Positions 47,430-59,440 of a stretch of 64,000 bases of DNA are shown here, piece by piece. The notes beneath the pieces are model-generated. The model was given only the letters and a program-made list of their open reading frames with translations. It searched no databases and had not been told where the DNA came from. Each line of letters begins with the position of its first letter. The first letter of the stretch is position 1. The stretch comes from Macrostomum lignano (lineage: Eukaryota), in the NCBI GenBank assembly GCA_002269645.1, contig NIVC01000143.1:310001-374000 (forward strand), given 5' to 3'. Position numbers and translations under genes: made by a program.

Positions 47430-50400
47430 TCAGCTGAGCTGGTCACTCGAAGAGCCGGCAGCCTCAGCTCCAGCAGAATCTCTTGACGCCACCACCAGAG
47501 CGGATTCAACAAAGCTCACAGGTTGCGAATACTTCGGCACTGTCGACGGCTCAGCATCCGATTTTATGCCGGCGACAGCCTCATCAGAATCCAGCTCAGC
47601 CTCGGCTGCCTCGTCCACAGGCTCGTACACCACAGACAGCGGATGCGACGAAGTGAAGGGATCCGGGTAGCTGCCTCGGCTGCTGGACTCCGATCGCTTG
47701 CTGTCGAGATTTGCCGAATTTCTCAGCTGCACAACAGCCGGGGTCAGCTCGCCGCTGGCTGTGTAGGCGTCGATGTCCAACACGGTGCTGCACTCTGCGC
47801 CAGAAGCTTCCTCATCGCCGTCGGCGAACGGTCGCGATTCGGCGTCGTCTGTGGCCTCGCCCGGGCCGGGCCGGTAGATGCTGTCCAAGCTGCCGGAGTC
47901 GCCGAAACGACTGAAATAAAAAATAATTGTGGAAAATGTGTTTGAATTACACTACTCATGTAAGTAGAAACTCAGAACATTGTTAGATTTTTTAATATTT
48001 AAAATAAAAAATCATATTTCTTTAAAAATTTATTGGGGAGGCGCAAATAATCCCAGAGGAGATTTTTATTGGGGGGAGATAAATCCCAGGGAAGATTTTT
48101 ACGGGGGGAGACAATCCTAGGAGGATTTTTTTGGGGAGGGGGAGATAATCCCAGGGGAGATTATTATTGGGGGGGAGATAATCCAAGGGGACATTATTTT
48201 TGGGGGGGAATCCCAGGGGAGATTTTTATTGGGAGAGATAATCCCAGGGAGATTTTTACGGGGGGAGACAATCCTAGGGGGGATTTATTTGGGGGTGAGA
48301 TAATTCCAGGCGAGATTATTATTGGGAGGAGATAATCCAAGGGGACATTATTTTGGGAGGGGGAATCCCAGGGGAGATTTTTATTGGGTGAGATAATTCC
48401 AGGGAGATTTTTACGGGGGGAGACAATCCTAGGGGGATTTTTTTAGGGGGAGATTATCCCAGGGGAGATTATTTTGGGGGGGGGGGAATCCCAGGGGAGA
48501 TTTTTATTGGGGGGAGATAATCCTAGGGGAGATTTTTATTGGGGGGAGATAATCCCAGGGAAGATTTTTATTGAGGGGAGGTAATCTCAGGGGAGATTTG
48601 TATAGGGGAGAAATAATCACAGGGGAGATTTTTATTCGGAAGAGATAATCCCAGGGGATCTTTATTGCGGAAGATTACCCAAGGGGAGAATTTTTACTGG
48701 GAGAGGATTATCCAGAGGAGAAATTTTTTTTGGGGGGGAGATAATCCACCTGCCTAAATCGAGGTGCGGCAATTCCAATTTAGATTTCACCAGTGACAGT
48801 TGCGCTCACTTCTGAACCAGGATGCACAGTCCGCGACACGAGATCAGGGCAATAACCAGAGCAACCAGCACGAACACCGCCTTGAACACGTCAGGAAAAG
48901 CTGAACCCAAATCACCGAAAATCCAGTCGTCCCCACTGCCCCCGTTTCTGCCGCTGGAGTCCCGACTGCCACCAGGCGACCCAGGCAGCGAGTATCGGCG
49001 TCTGCCTGATGATGAGAAAGTCAAGGTAAACATTAACTAAAAATACGTTGGAATTTCTGCTTTATATAGTTTTCTGCGATACATATCGTTGAAAAAAGTA
49101 TTTATTTGAGCTTGTGATGATTCGAGTGACTCAATGAAGATTTAAGTGTGTGAAAGAAGATCCGAGTGTGTGAATGAAGATCCGAGTGTGTGAATGAAAG
49201 ATTCGAGTGTGTGAATGAAGATCCGAGTGTGTGAATAAAGATCCGAGTGTGTGAATGAAAGATTCGAGTGTGTGAATGAAGATCCGAGTGTGTGAATGAA
49301 AGACTCAAGTGTGTGAATGAAAGATTCGAGTGTGTGAATGAAGATCCGAGTGTGTGAATGAAAGATTCGAGTGTGTGAATGAAAGACTCGAGTGTGTGAA
49401 TGAAGATCCGAGTATGTGAATGAAGATCCGAGTGTGTGAATGAAGATCCGAGTGTGTGAATGAAGATCCGAGTGTGTGAATAAAGATTCGAGTGTGTGAA
49501 TGAAAGATTCGAGTGTGTGAATGAAGATCCGAGTGTGTGAATGAAGATCCGAGTGTGTGAATGAAGATCCGAGTGTGTGAATGAAGATCCGAGTGTGTGA
49601 ATGAAGATCCGAGTATGTGAATAAAGATCCGAGTGTGTGAATGAAGATCCGAGTGTGTGAATGAAGATCCGAGTGTGTGAATGAAGATCCGAGTGTGTGA
49701 ATGAAGATCCGAGTGTGTGAATGAAAGATTCGAGTGTGTGAATGAAAGATTCGAGTGTGTGAATGAAGATCCGAGTGTGTGAATGAAGATTCGAGTGTGT
49801 GAATAAAGATCCGAGTGTGTGAATGAAGATCCGAGTGTGTGAATGAAGATCCGAGTGTGTGAATAAAGATCCGAGTGTGTGAATGAAAGATTCGAGTGTG
49901 TGAATGAAGATCCGAGTGTGTGAATGAAAGACTCGAGTGTGTGAATGAAAGATTCGAGTGTGTGAATGAAGATCCGAGTGTGTGAATGAAGATCCGAGTG
50001 TGTGAATAAAGATCCGAGTGTGTGAATGAAAGATTCGAGTGTGTGAATGAAGATCCGAGTGTGTGAATGAAAGACTCGAGTGTGTGAATGAAAGATTCGA
50101 GTGTGTGAATGAAAGACTCGAGTGTGTGAATGAAAGATTCGAGTGTGTGAATGAAAGACTCGAGTGTGTGAATGAAGATCCGAGTGTGTGAATGAAGATC
50201 CGAGTGTGTGAATGAAGATCCGAGTGTGTGAATGAAGATCCGAGTGTGTGAATGAAGATCCGAGTGTGTGAATGAAGATCCGAGTGTGTGAATAAAGATT
50301 CGAGTGTGTGAATGAAAGATTCGAGTGTGTGAATGAAGATCCGAGTGTGTGAATGAAGATCCGAGTGTGTGAATGAAGATCCGAGTGTGTGAATGAAGAT

Positions 50401-53298
50401 CCGAGTGTGTGAATGAAGATCCGAGTGTGTGAATAAAGATCCGAGTGTGTGAATGAAGATCCGAGTGTGTGAATGAAGATCCGAGTGTGTGAATGAAGAT
50501 CCGAGTGTGTGAATGAAGATCCGAGTGTGTGAATAAAGATTCGAGTGTGTGAATGAAGATCCGAGTGTGTGAATAAAGATCCGAGTGTGTGAATGAAGAT
50601 TCGAGTGTGTGAATGAAAAATTAGAGTGTGTGAATGAAGATCCGAGTGTGTGAATGAAAGATTCGAGTGTGTGAATGAAAAATTCGAGTGTGTGAATGAA
50701 AGATTCGAGTGTGTAAATGAAGATCCGAGTGTGTGAATGAAAGATTCGAGTGTGTGAATGAAAGATTTAAGTTTGTGAATGAAGATTTGAGTGTGTGAAT
50801 GAAATATTCGAGTGCGTGAATCTAGGTTTCGATTGTGTGAAGGAATATTTCGAGTATGTGAATGAAAGATTTAAGTGCATTAATGTCCATTCCTTAAGCT
50901 CTCACTTGAACTAAAATTGCCAACAAATCTTCGCTCAATGGTGGCATCAATTGCCCACCCAAGCGAGCACCGCCTCGCACTAGCCGTACTGTACAAAGAC
51001 CTGTTGTCCGGCCTGCACAAGCAGTCTCGCTGCCTAGTCTGACTGCAACCGTCAGCCAAGACTCCGTCGCAATCACCCTGCCAAGAGTCCCAGTTGCACC
51101 AGGCGCAGTTCACCGCCAGATAATGCTGCAACGCTGGTGGCGGATGTCGCCAACGCAGCTGCACGACAGTCTGCGGACAATCCGTCTGCTGCTGCTGCTG
51201 CTGCTGCTGTTGTTGTTGTTGTTGCTACTCACGCTACCAACGGTGAGGGCTGCTCCAGTGGTGGGTGACTCCTATACCACCGCCAGAACTTGAGGACGCC
51301 TTCGCTGGAACGGTTTAGGTCGTTCAGCGCCATCACGTCCCACTCACTTCTCTGACGGAAAGTTGCCGGGCATTGGACTATGTGGGACACGGTTTCCTCC
51401 TCGCCGCGGCACATCCTGCAGTGGCCGTTCTCCACCTTCTTTATACGCTTGCAATAGGCTCCGAGCTCGAGTGAGTGACCGGTTCTCATTCTCATGAAGC
51501 TGGTCGCCTCCTCTCTGCTGCCGTAACAGGGGTGTTTGGCCGGTCCTCTGGTGCCGTAAGTATCGCGGGAGCGCTGGTGCGAGCGCGTCTCACTGGCCTT
51601 CAGCTCCCGAGCTAGCTGCTTCACAACCACGCTGGCGAGGACCGGGGTGTCCTCCTGCTGAGAGCGAACGGCTGCTCCTGCCAGACGGTCAGCCTCCTCG
51701 TTGCCCAGAGGCCACAATGCGCGGGCACCCATCTCCACTCGAAGGTGACTCCGCCCTCGCGGAGGCGGGCGGCCAGGGCTTGAATTTCCACAGCTATCGG
51801 GTTCCTTGAGTGCCCGCGGAGCGCCTGCAGACTGCTTTTGCTATCCGTGATCACCCAGACTCTCCTCTTCTCCACTCTGAGGTGCTCTAGGAGGTTCAGA
51901 GCGCCTTCCATCGCTCTGAGCTCGGCTTGGAGTGAGGAACACGGGCGACCAGCCGGCCGTGTCATTTCAGCAAGTATCTCTCCTCTGCATCCTGGGTCGC
52001 CTGGTTCTGGCTTCACAATGATGGCTCCTCCTCCGCCGCAACCGTCCGACACGGATCCGTCAGAGAAGATGACCACATCCGGGGCGGTCCTTCGGTGCGC
52101 AGGAGCTGGTGGGCCAGCGACAGGTTTTCCTCCTGGCTCGGCGCCCGGCAGGCATCAGCGTGGAAGTCCTTCGCGTTGCCCTTCTTCCAGGGGGGTAGAG
52201 GATGCCCATCTCCAGTCCTGGCGACCTCGTCTAACTTGAACCTGGCCAGTAGCTCCCCAGCCGCCGATCTCCAGTCGCGTCTAGTGCTGCCACCTCGCTG
52301 TCGGCGAGCTTCCTCATTCCTGGTCATTTTGTACCTGGCCGATTCCTCATTGAGGCGGAGCCATCGGTCGAGCTTCGCCGCCCAACGGATCTCGCACGTC
52401 GTTCTTAGGGGTCCAATATCACTCTCGGCTTTCAGGGCGTCTAGCGGTGTAGTTTGGACTAGACCGCTCACTATTCGAGCTGCCGTTCTATCTAGGACTT
52501 CGAGCCGCCGCCAGCTTTCCTCGCTGAGCCAGGGCGTCCACGCGCAGGCCCCGTAGAGGATGCGGCTGCGGATGAGGGCGGTATGCGTCTGCCGGAGTAG
52601 GTTGCTTTCCCACCCCCAGTCGCTGCCTGCGAGCCTGCGCATGAGGTTCACCCTGCTGCGACACGCCTCGATGACGTTAGCAACGTGTTGGGTGAAACGG
52701 AGGCTCCGGTCGTACGTGAGACCCAGGAACTTGGGGTTCGGGTCCCATCGGAGGTCGTCATTGTTGAATCGTACGGACCGGCTCGGTTCGCTGGGCTTTC
52801 CTTGCGTAAAGAGGGTGGTGGTGCACTTAGCCGCAGCGGCTGGGAGCAGCCATTTCCGGCTCCATTCGCTCACGACGTTCGCTGCCGCCTGTTGCATGTT
52901 CGTCGCCTCCTCAGCTCGTGTAGCGCATGACCAGGTGGCCAGGTCGTCTGCAAAAGCGTAGTAGCAGCTTCATCATGTAGGTAGCTTTCCCGGTTTCGAT
53001 GGTCACCCGGTTTCGAGGTGTGCTGCTGCTGCTTAACTGCCAAGCATCGACAAGGCCTCTGTCTAGTGGAGAACTGAGACACAGCGCTGGCCCGGTCTCT
53101 TAAACTGTCGGCATCGGAGGGGAACTGATCTGCCAATCGGCCGGTGCATTCTTGAGTCCACACGCTCCATTCTGACCACGCGTCGGTGTCGGTTGCCTGG
53201 CAACTGGTCGATGACGACGATATTGAGGAGGAGAATGAAGTTACAATCAGTGACAGAAGCGACAGAAGTTTAACTAGCAGATGACGAATTTGACACAT
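47430..53298 (-). CDS. Type-I membrane protein with two TSP1-like (WxxW...RxRxC) repeats; first coding exon interrupted by a LINE (possibly a pseudogenised allele)
   Basis: complement(join(47430..47910,48810..49005,50906..~51209,~52961..53298)). Signal peptide MCQIRHLLVKLLSLLSLIVTSF; AWSEWSVWTQEC...TRQRPCRC; AWCNWDSWQGDC...QTRQRDCLC; TM VFKAVFVLVALVIALISCRGLCILV; GT-AG sites with matching phases 1 and 2. The two halves of the interrupted exon do not rejoin in frame without a 1-nt change. Confidence 0.7.
48040..48750. repeat. ~31-bp degenerate G-rich minisatellite (GGGGGAGATAATCCCAGGGGAGATTTTTATT)
   Basis: Direct reading; lies in an intron of the TSP1 gene. Confidence 0.85.
49125..50870. repeat. 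20/21-bp minisatellite (GAGTGTGTGAATGAAGATCC), ~85 copies
   Basis: Direct reading; fills most of intron 49006-50905. Confidence 0.97.
51210..52960 (-). mobile_element. 5'-truncated non-LTR retrotransposon (I-group-like): RT C-half + RNase H + Zn finger, (CAA)n tail
   Basis: Starts at YAFADDLATW (RT catalytic motif); NPKFLGLTYDRSLRFTQHV; RNase H VIFSDGS...AELRAM...ITDSKSSLQAL...WVPAHCG..GNEEADRLA; CRMCRGEEETVSHIVQC; stop 51229 followed by (CAA)5; at least two frameshifts. Confidence 0.95.
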
Positions 53299-53489
53299 GC
53301 CAGACGGGTGATGGCAGGTCGTTTAATTGAATCTAATTTTACTGTAGGCCAACTATAGGCTATTGTTAATCAGAGAATTTTCATTTTCAAATCAGAAATC
53401 AGAGGATATAAAAAAAACTATTTTTATTTGTTAGTTAACAAGCGAATCTATACTAAACAATATCCACTGTGTAACTGGGCTTTCTTAAC

Positions 53490-55655
53490 GGAGTGGAGAG
53501 GGAGATTCAGGTTGTGGAGAGGGAGATTCAGGTTGTGGAGAGGGAGATTCAGGTTGTGGAGAGGGAGATTCAGGTTGTGGAGAGGGAGATTCAGGTTGTG
53601 GAGAGGGAGATTCAGGGTGTGAAGAGGGAGATTCAGGTTGTGGAGAGGGAGATTCTAAAGAGGCAGATTTAAGGAGCGTAGAGGCAGATTCAAGGGGCGG
53701 AGGGGCGGATTCAAGGGGCGAAGAGGCGAGTTCAAGGGGCGGAGGGGCGGATTAAAGGGGCGGATAGGGGGATTCAAGGGGCGGATAGGAAGATTCAAGC
53801 GGCGGATAGGGAGATTCAAGGGGCGGATAGGGAGATTCAAGGGGCGGAGAGGGAGATTCAAGGGGCGGAGAGGGAGATTCAAGGGGCGGAGAGGGAGATT
53901 CAAGGGGCGGAGAGGCGGGTTCAAAGGGCGGAGAGGCGGATTCAAGGGGCGGATAGGGAGATTCAAGGGGCGGATAGGAAGATTCAAGGGGCGGAGAGGC
54001 GGGTTCAAAGGGCGGAGAGGCGGATTCAAAGGGCGGAGAGGCGGATTCAAGGGGCGGATAGGAAGATTCAAGGAGCGGAGAGGCGGATTCAACGGGCGGA
54101 GAGGCGGATTCAACGGGCGGAGAAGCGGGTTCAAGGGGCGGAGAGGTGGGTTTAAGGGACGGAGAGGCGGGTTCAAGGGGCGGAGAGGCGGATTCAAGGG
54201 GCGGAGAGGCGAGTTCAAGGGGCGGAGGGGCGGATTAAAGGGGCGGATAGGGAGATTCAAGGGGCGGATAGGAAGATTCAAGGGGCGGATAGGGAGATTC
54301 AAGGGGCGGATAGGGAGATTCAAGGGGCGGAGAGGGAGATTCAAGGGGCGGAGAGGGAGATTCAAAGGGCGAAGAGGGAGATTCAAGGGGCGGAGAGGGA
54401 GATTCAAGGGGCGGATAGGAAGATTCAAGGGGCGGATAGGGAGATTCAAGGGGCGGATAGGGAGATTCAAGGGGCGGAGAGGGAGATTCAAGGGGCGGAG
54501 AGGGAGATTCAAGGGGCGAAGAGGGAGATTCAAGGGGCGGAGAGGGAGATTCAAGGGGCGGAGAGGGAGATTCAAGGGGCGGAGAGGGAGATTCAACGGG
54601 CGGAGAGGCGGGTTCAAAGGGCGGAGAGGCGGATTCAAGGGGCGGATAGGGAGATTCAAGGGGCGGATAAAAAGGTTCAAGGGGCGGAGAGGCGGATTCA
54701 AGGGGCGGAGAGGCGGATTCAAGGGGCGGAGAGGCGGATTCCAGGGGCGGAGAGGCGGATTCAAAGGGGCGGAGAGGCGGATTCAAGGGGCGGAGAGGCG
54801 GATTCCAGGGGCGGAGAGGCGGATTCAAAGGGGCGGAGAGGCGGATTCCAGGGGCGGAGAGGCGGATTCAAGGGGCGGAGAGGCGGATTCAAGGGGCGGA
54901 GAGGCGGGTTCCAGGGGCGGAGAGGCGGATTCCAGGGGCGGAGAGGCGGATTCAAAGGGGCGGAGAGGCGGATTCAAGGGGCGGAGAGGCGGATTCAAGG
55001 GGCGGAGAGGCGGATTCCAGGGGCGGAGAGGCGGATTCAAAGGGGCGGAGAGGCGGATTCAAGGGGCGGAGAGGCGGATTCCAGGGGCGGAGAGGCGGAT
55101 TCAAAGGGGCGGAGAGGCGGATTCCAGGGGCGGAGAGGCGGATTCAAAGGGGCGGAGAGGCGGATTCCAGGGGCGGAGAGGCGGATTCAAAGGGGCGGAG
55201 AGGCGGATTCCAGGGGCGGAGAGGCGGATTCAAAGGGGCGGAGAGGCGGATTCAAGGGGCGGAGAGGCGGGTTCAAAGGGCGGAGAGGCGGATTCAAGGG
55301 GCGGAGAGGCGGATTCCAGGGCGGAGAGGCGGATTCAAAGGGGCGGAGAGGCGGATTCAAGGGGCGGAGAGGCGGATTCAACGGGGCGGAGAGGCGGATT
55401 CAAGGGGCGGAGAGGCGGGTTCAAAGGGCGGAGAGGCGGATTCAAGGGGCGGAGAGGCGGATTCCAGGGGCGGAGAGGCGGATTCAAAGGGCGGAGAGGC
55501 GGATTCAAGGGGCGGAGAGGCGGATTCAAAGGGGCGGAGAGGCGGATTCAAGGGGCGGAGAGGCGGATTCAAGGGGCGGAGAGGCGGATTCAAGGGGCGG
55601 AGAGGCGGATTCAAAGGGGCGGAGAGGCGGATTCAAGGGGCGGAGAGGCGGGTTC
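53490..55655. repeat. 21-bp G-rich minisatellite (GGGGCGGAGAGGCGGATTCAA), ~100 copies
   Basis: Direct reading; variant gradient and a ~483-bp higher-order duplication (~53727 vs ~54208). Confidence 0.97.
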
Positions 55656-56409
55656 TAAACTCTAGTTGCTACAAATTTTAGCAAAAAATAATATTTCTGA
55701 CAAAAACGCAACAGCAATACCGATAAACAAACAAACAAACAACATCAAAACTGCAAAAGAAAAATCTTTATTTGTAATAAAAACTACTAGGAAAAGAATC
55801 AGCGAGGAAAAATCAACAGTTGACAAATAATAAATGCAGGCAAACTTCAGTCCGTTTTGAGTAGACAATCCGATTACAAAAACACTTTTGAGGATAGAAA
55901 ATAACAGAAAGTTTTGAATGCAACGATCAAACAAAAGTGCCGCTAACATACTATAACAAATCGCACAAATAAAGATGTTTTATCGAACAGTAAAAAACAC
56001 AAAAAGGCGCTAACTAACACTAAATAAATAAATTTGAATGACAATAAGCTAAGCTCGCCTACTTACAGTAGAACAATTAGGATTTAAACTGATAGAAAGC
56101 AAAAAAATCAGCGATATAATTCGCTTCCATTCCAGTATTCTACGTATAACAGTCCATGGCTTCACTCAGCAATTAACAGACAGATGCCTCTCATCCAGTC
56201 TATTGAGTTTCAATTCAGGAAAAAGCCACTTAATTCTACAAAAGCAGCAAAAATCTGCCTTTGTTAATAAAAATCCCGGTCTTTCAATCAAAATTAGGTT
56301 TTTTGTTTCATTGGCTATTCAGAAATCAGCTGTCGTTGAGTTTAGGGATTCGAGTGCAGTCATTTCTAGAATAAATAAACCAGTTTATTTTTAGTGATTT
56401 TACTAGCAA

Positions 56410-57480
56410 TCTACGCCCCCCGTTGGGGAGCCAAAGAAATGCAATACACGTTTTTTTTAATAAGCTACATGTATCCTTGAAATCTTAAAAAATCTCCTGT
56501 CAAACCTTGTAAGCCTTGACATGTCAGTAATTCCCCCCCCCACAAGCTTTAACATATCAACTTCCCCCCTTGACATCTCAGCAATGCCCCCAATAAGCCT
56601 TGGAAATCTAAAAATATCTGTCAATCAACCTTATAACCCTAGCCTAACCCTAACCCTAAACCTAACCCTAACCCTAACCCTAACCCTAACCTAACCCTAA
56701 AGCATTGAAATTTCAGTAATTCTCTCTAAGAGTCATTATAGCACTACTACAGCATTATAGCGATTCCCTGCAAGCCTCGACATCGTAGGGATTCCCAAAT
56801 GAATCTCTTAACTTCGACATGAAGCTTTTTTTAATTTTTTACATTACGCTTTTTTTATCAGCGATCCCTCCCCTGAGGAGGCATCAAATAATGTAATAAA
56901 AAGTTTTCAATAAACTACATGTAGCTTTTGACTTTAGCCTTGAAATCTCATTTATACCCCCGTGAGCCTTGACATCTCAGCTATTCCCCCCGTAAGCCTT
57001 GACATGTCAGCGATGGCCCCCAAAAAACCTTGAAATCTAAAAAAACCCCTGTTAAACTTGAAACCCGATAAAATATAACCCTCAACCCGCACCTGACCTA
57101 AACCTAACTTTAACCCAACCTAAAGTATTGAAATCTTAGCAATTCTTCTCCCCTAAGCCTTGACATTTTAGTGATTCCTTCTTTAAGAATCACAGCACTA
57201 TAACGATTTCCACCAAGCTTTGACATCGTAGCAATTCCCAAATGAATCTTTTAACTTCGACATGACTTTTCTTTTATGTATACATAGTGCCACTTTTATT
57301 TTTTACATGACTCTTCTTCTATCAGCGCCTCCCCCCGTGGCGAGCCAACAAAGAATGCAATAAAAAATTGAGTAAAGTACATGAACTTTGAAGTAGCTTC
57401 TGGCTTTTGCTTTGACATCTCAGAAACCCCACCCCCGTAATCTCAGTTATTCTCTGAGAGCCTTGACGTCTGTTTTTCTC
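56410..57480. repeat. ~450-bp degenerate tandem duplication (2+ copies) carrying an interstitial telomeric tract
   Basis: Shared anchors such as CCCAAATGAATC...TTAACTTCGACATGA at ~56794 and ~57237; recurrent GCCTTGACATCTCAG motifs. Confidence 0.75.
56635..56700. repeat. Interstitial telomeric repeat (CCCTAA)~11
   Basis: Direct reading; degenerate counterpart at ~57078-57123. Confidence 0.9.
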
Positions 57481-57529
57481 CCCAGCACAGCATTATAGCT
57501 GCATTTAATTTTTACATGACACCCTTTAT

Positions 57530-58722
57530 GTCTGACATGACGCTTCTTTTATTCTACCATGATGCTTCCTTATTTTTTACATGACGCTTCTATGATTTTT
57601 TCATGACGCTTCTATGATTTTTTACATGACGCTTCTATGATTTTTTACTTGACGCTTCTATGATTTTTTACTTGACGCTTCTATGATTTTTTACATTACG
57701 CTTCTATGATTTTTTCATGACGCTTCCATGATTTTTACATGACGCTTCTATGATTTTTTACTTGACGCTTCTATGATTTTTTACATGACGCTTCTATGAT
57801 TTTTTTACATGACGCTTCTATGATCTTTACATGACGCTTCTATGCTTTTACATTACGCTTCTATGATTGTTTACATGACGCTTCTATGATTGTTTACATG
57901 ACGCTTCTATGATTTTTTACATGACGCTTCCATGATTGTTTACATGACGCTTCTATGATTTTTTTATGACGCTTCTACGATTTTTTACATGACGCTTCTA
58001 TGATTGTTTACATGACGCTTCTATGATTTTTTACATGACGCTTCTATGATTGTTTACATGACGCTTCTATGATTGTTTACATGACGCTTCTATGATTGTT
58101 TACATGACGCTTCTATGATTTTTACATGACGCTTCTATGATTTTTTACATGACGCTTCCATGATTGTTTACATGACGCTTCTATGATTTTTTTATGACGC
58201 TTCTACGATTTTTTACATGACGCTTCTATGATTGTTTACATGACGCTTCTATGATTTTTTACATGACGCTTCTATGATTGTTTACATGACGCTTCTATGA
58301 TTGTTTACATGACGCTTCTATGATTGTTTACATGACGCTTCTATGATTTTTACATGACGCTTCTATGATTTTTACATGACGCTTCTATGATTTTTTACAT
58401 GACGCTTCTATGATTTTTTTACATGACGCTTCTATGATTGTTTACATGACGCTTCTATGATTGTTTACATGACGCTTCTATGATTTTTACATGACACTTC
58501 TATGATTGTTTACATGACGCTTCTATGATTTTTTCATGACTTCTACGATTTTTTACATGACGTTTCTATGATTGTTTACATGACGCTTCTATGATTTTTT
58601 ACATGACGCTTCTATGATTTTTTATGACGCTTCTATGATTTTTACATGATGCTTCAATGATTTTTACATGACGCTTCAATGATTGTTTACATGACGCTTC
58701 TATGATTTTTTACATGACGCTT
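57530..58722. repeat. ~21-22-bp minisatellite (CATGACGCTTCTATGATTTTTTA), ~55 copies
   Basis: Direct reading. Confidence 0.95.
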
Positions 58723-58730
58723 CTTACTAC

Positions 58731-58790
58731 TAAGATTCGAACCCAGGTCGCTGCATTAGCAGTCCAGTCTGTTAACTTCTAGGCTAGATC
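58731..58790 (-). mobile_element. tRNA(Ser-GCT-like)-derived SINE head / tRNA pseudogene
   Basis: Minus strand TAGCCTAGAAGTTAACAGACTGGACTGCTAATGCAGCGACCTGGGTTCGAATCTT: A-box-like, GACTGCTAAT anticodon-loop-like and GGTTCGAATC B-box; no acceptor stem. Confidence 0.45.
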
Positions 58791-59440
58791 TTATCGAATT
58801 TATAAGTGAAATTGTAGCACTTATATAATTCAACACTCACTCACGAAGCAGTTATGACATAATCAATTCCCAGGCAAGTCAGTATCAGTCTCAATTAAAG
58901 TTGACAATATGGTTACGCAATCTAAATCAAGTCTGGTGCTACGCTTCCACACTGCATTTTCAATACTGTGACGCAATTCAAGTCAGAGTTACAATTCAGT
59001 TATGATGCAATCTATTTCAGAATCAGAATTCAACCAGTCAGTTTTTTCTCTAGCATTCTTACAATGCATTTCAAGTCGAAAAGTTTGCTTGACCTTTGCA
59101 AAAAAGCATGTTTTTCGAATATTTAATGCCTTTAGCATCGAGCAATTTCATAGCCACGATGCATGTACCGTCACGGGAAAATTTCTGATCGAACAGTGCA
59201 AGTCTCATGAAAATCGGTTAAGCCATTTTTTCTCTAATCGATCACATAGATAGATAGATAGATAGACACAGACAGACCATTTTTAGTATATTGGATTAAA
59301 GCTTGATGCAGCAACTATAATTGCAATTCTGCCCAATATCGCTGACTTCTAAGCATTTCAAACAGGCATAGACACGCTCACACAGGGTGTAAAGTGGCTC
59401 TTTGTCTCATGTATTTTAGCCATAGATGAAACATGAGCAT

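Noticed and set aside
58731-58790. Functional tRNA-Ser gene
   Set aside because: No acceptor stem or long variable arm; kept only as a SINE-like remnant.
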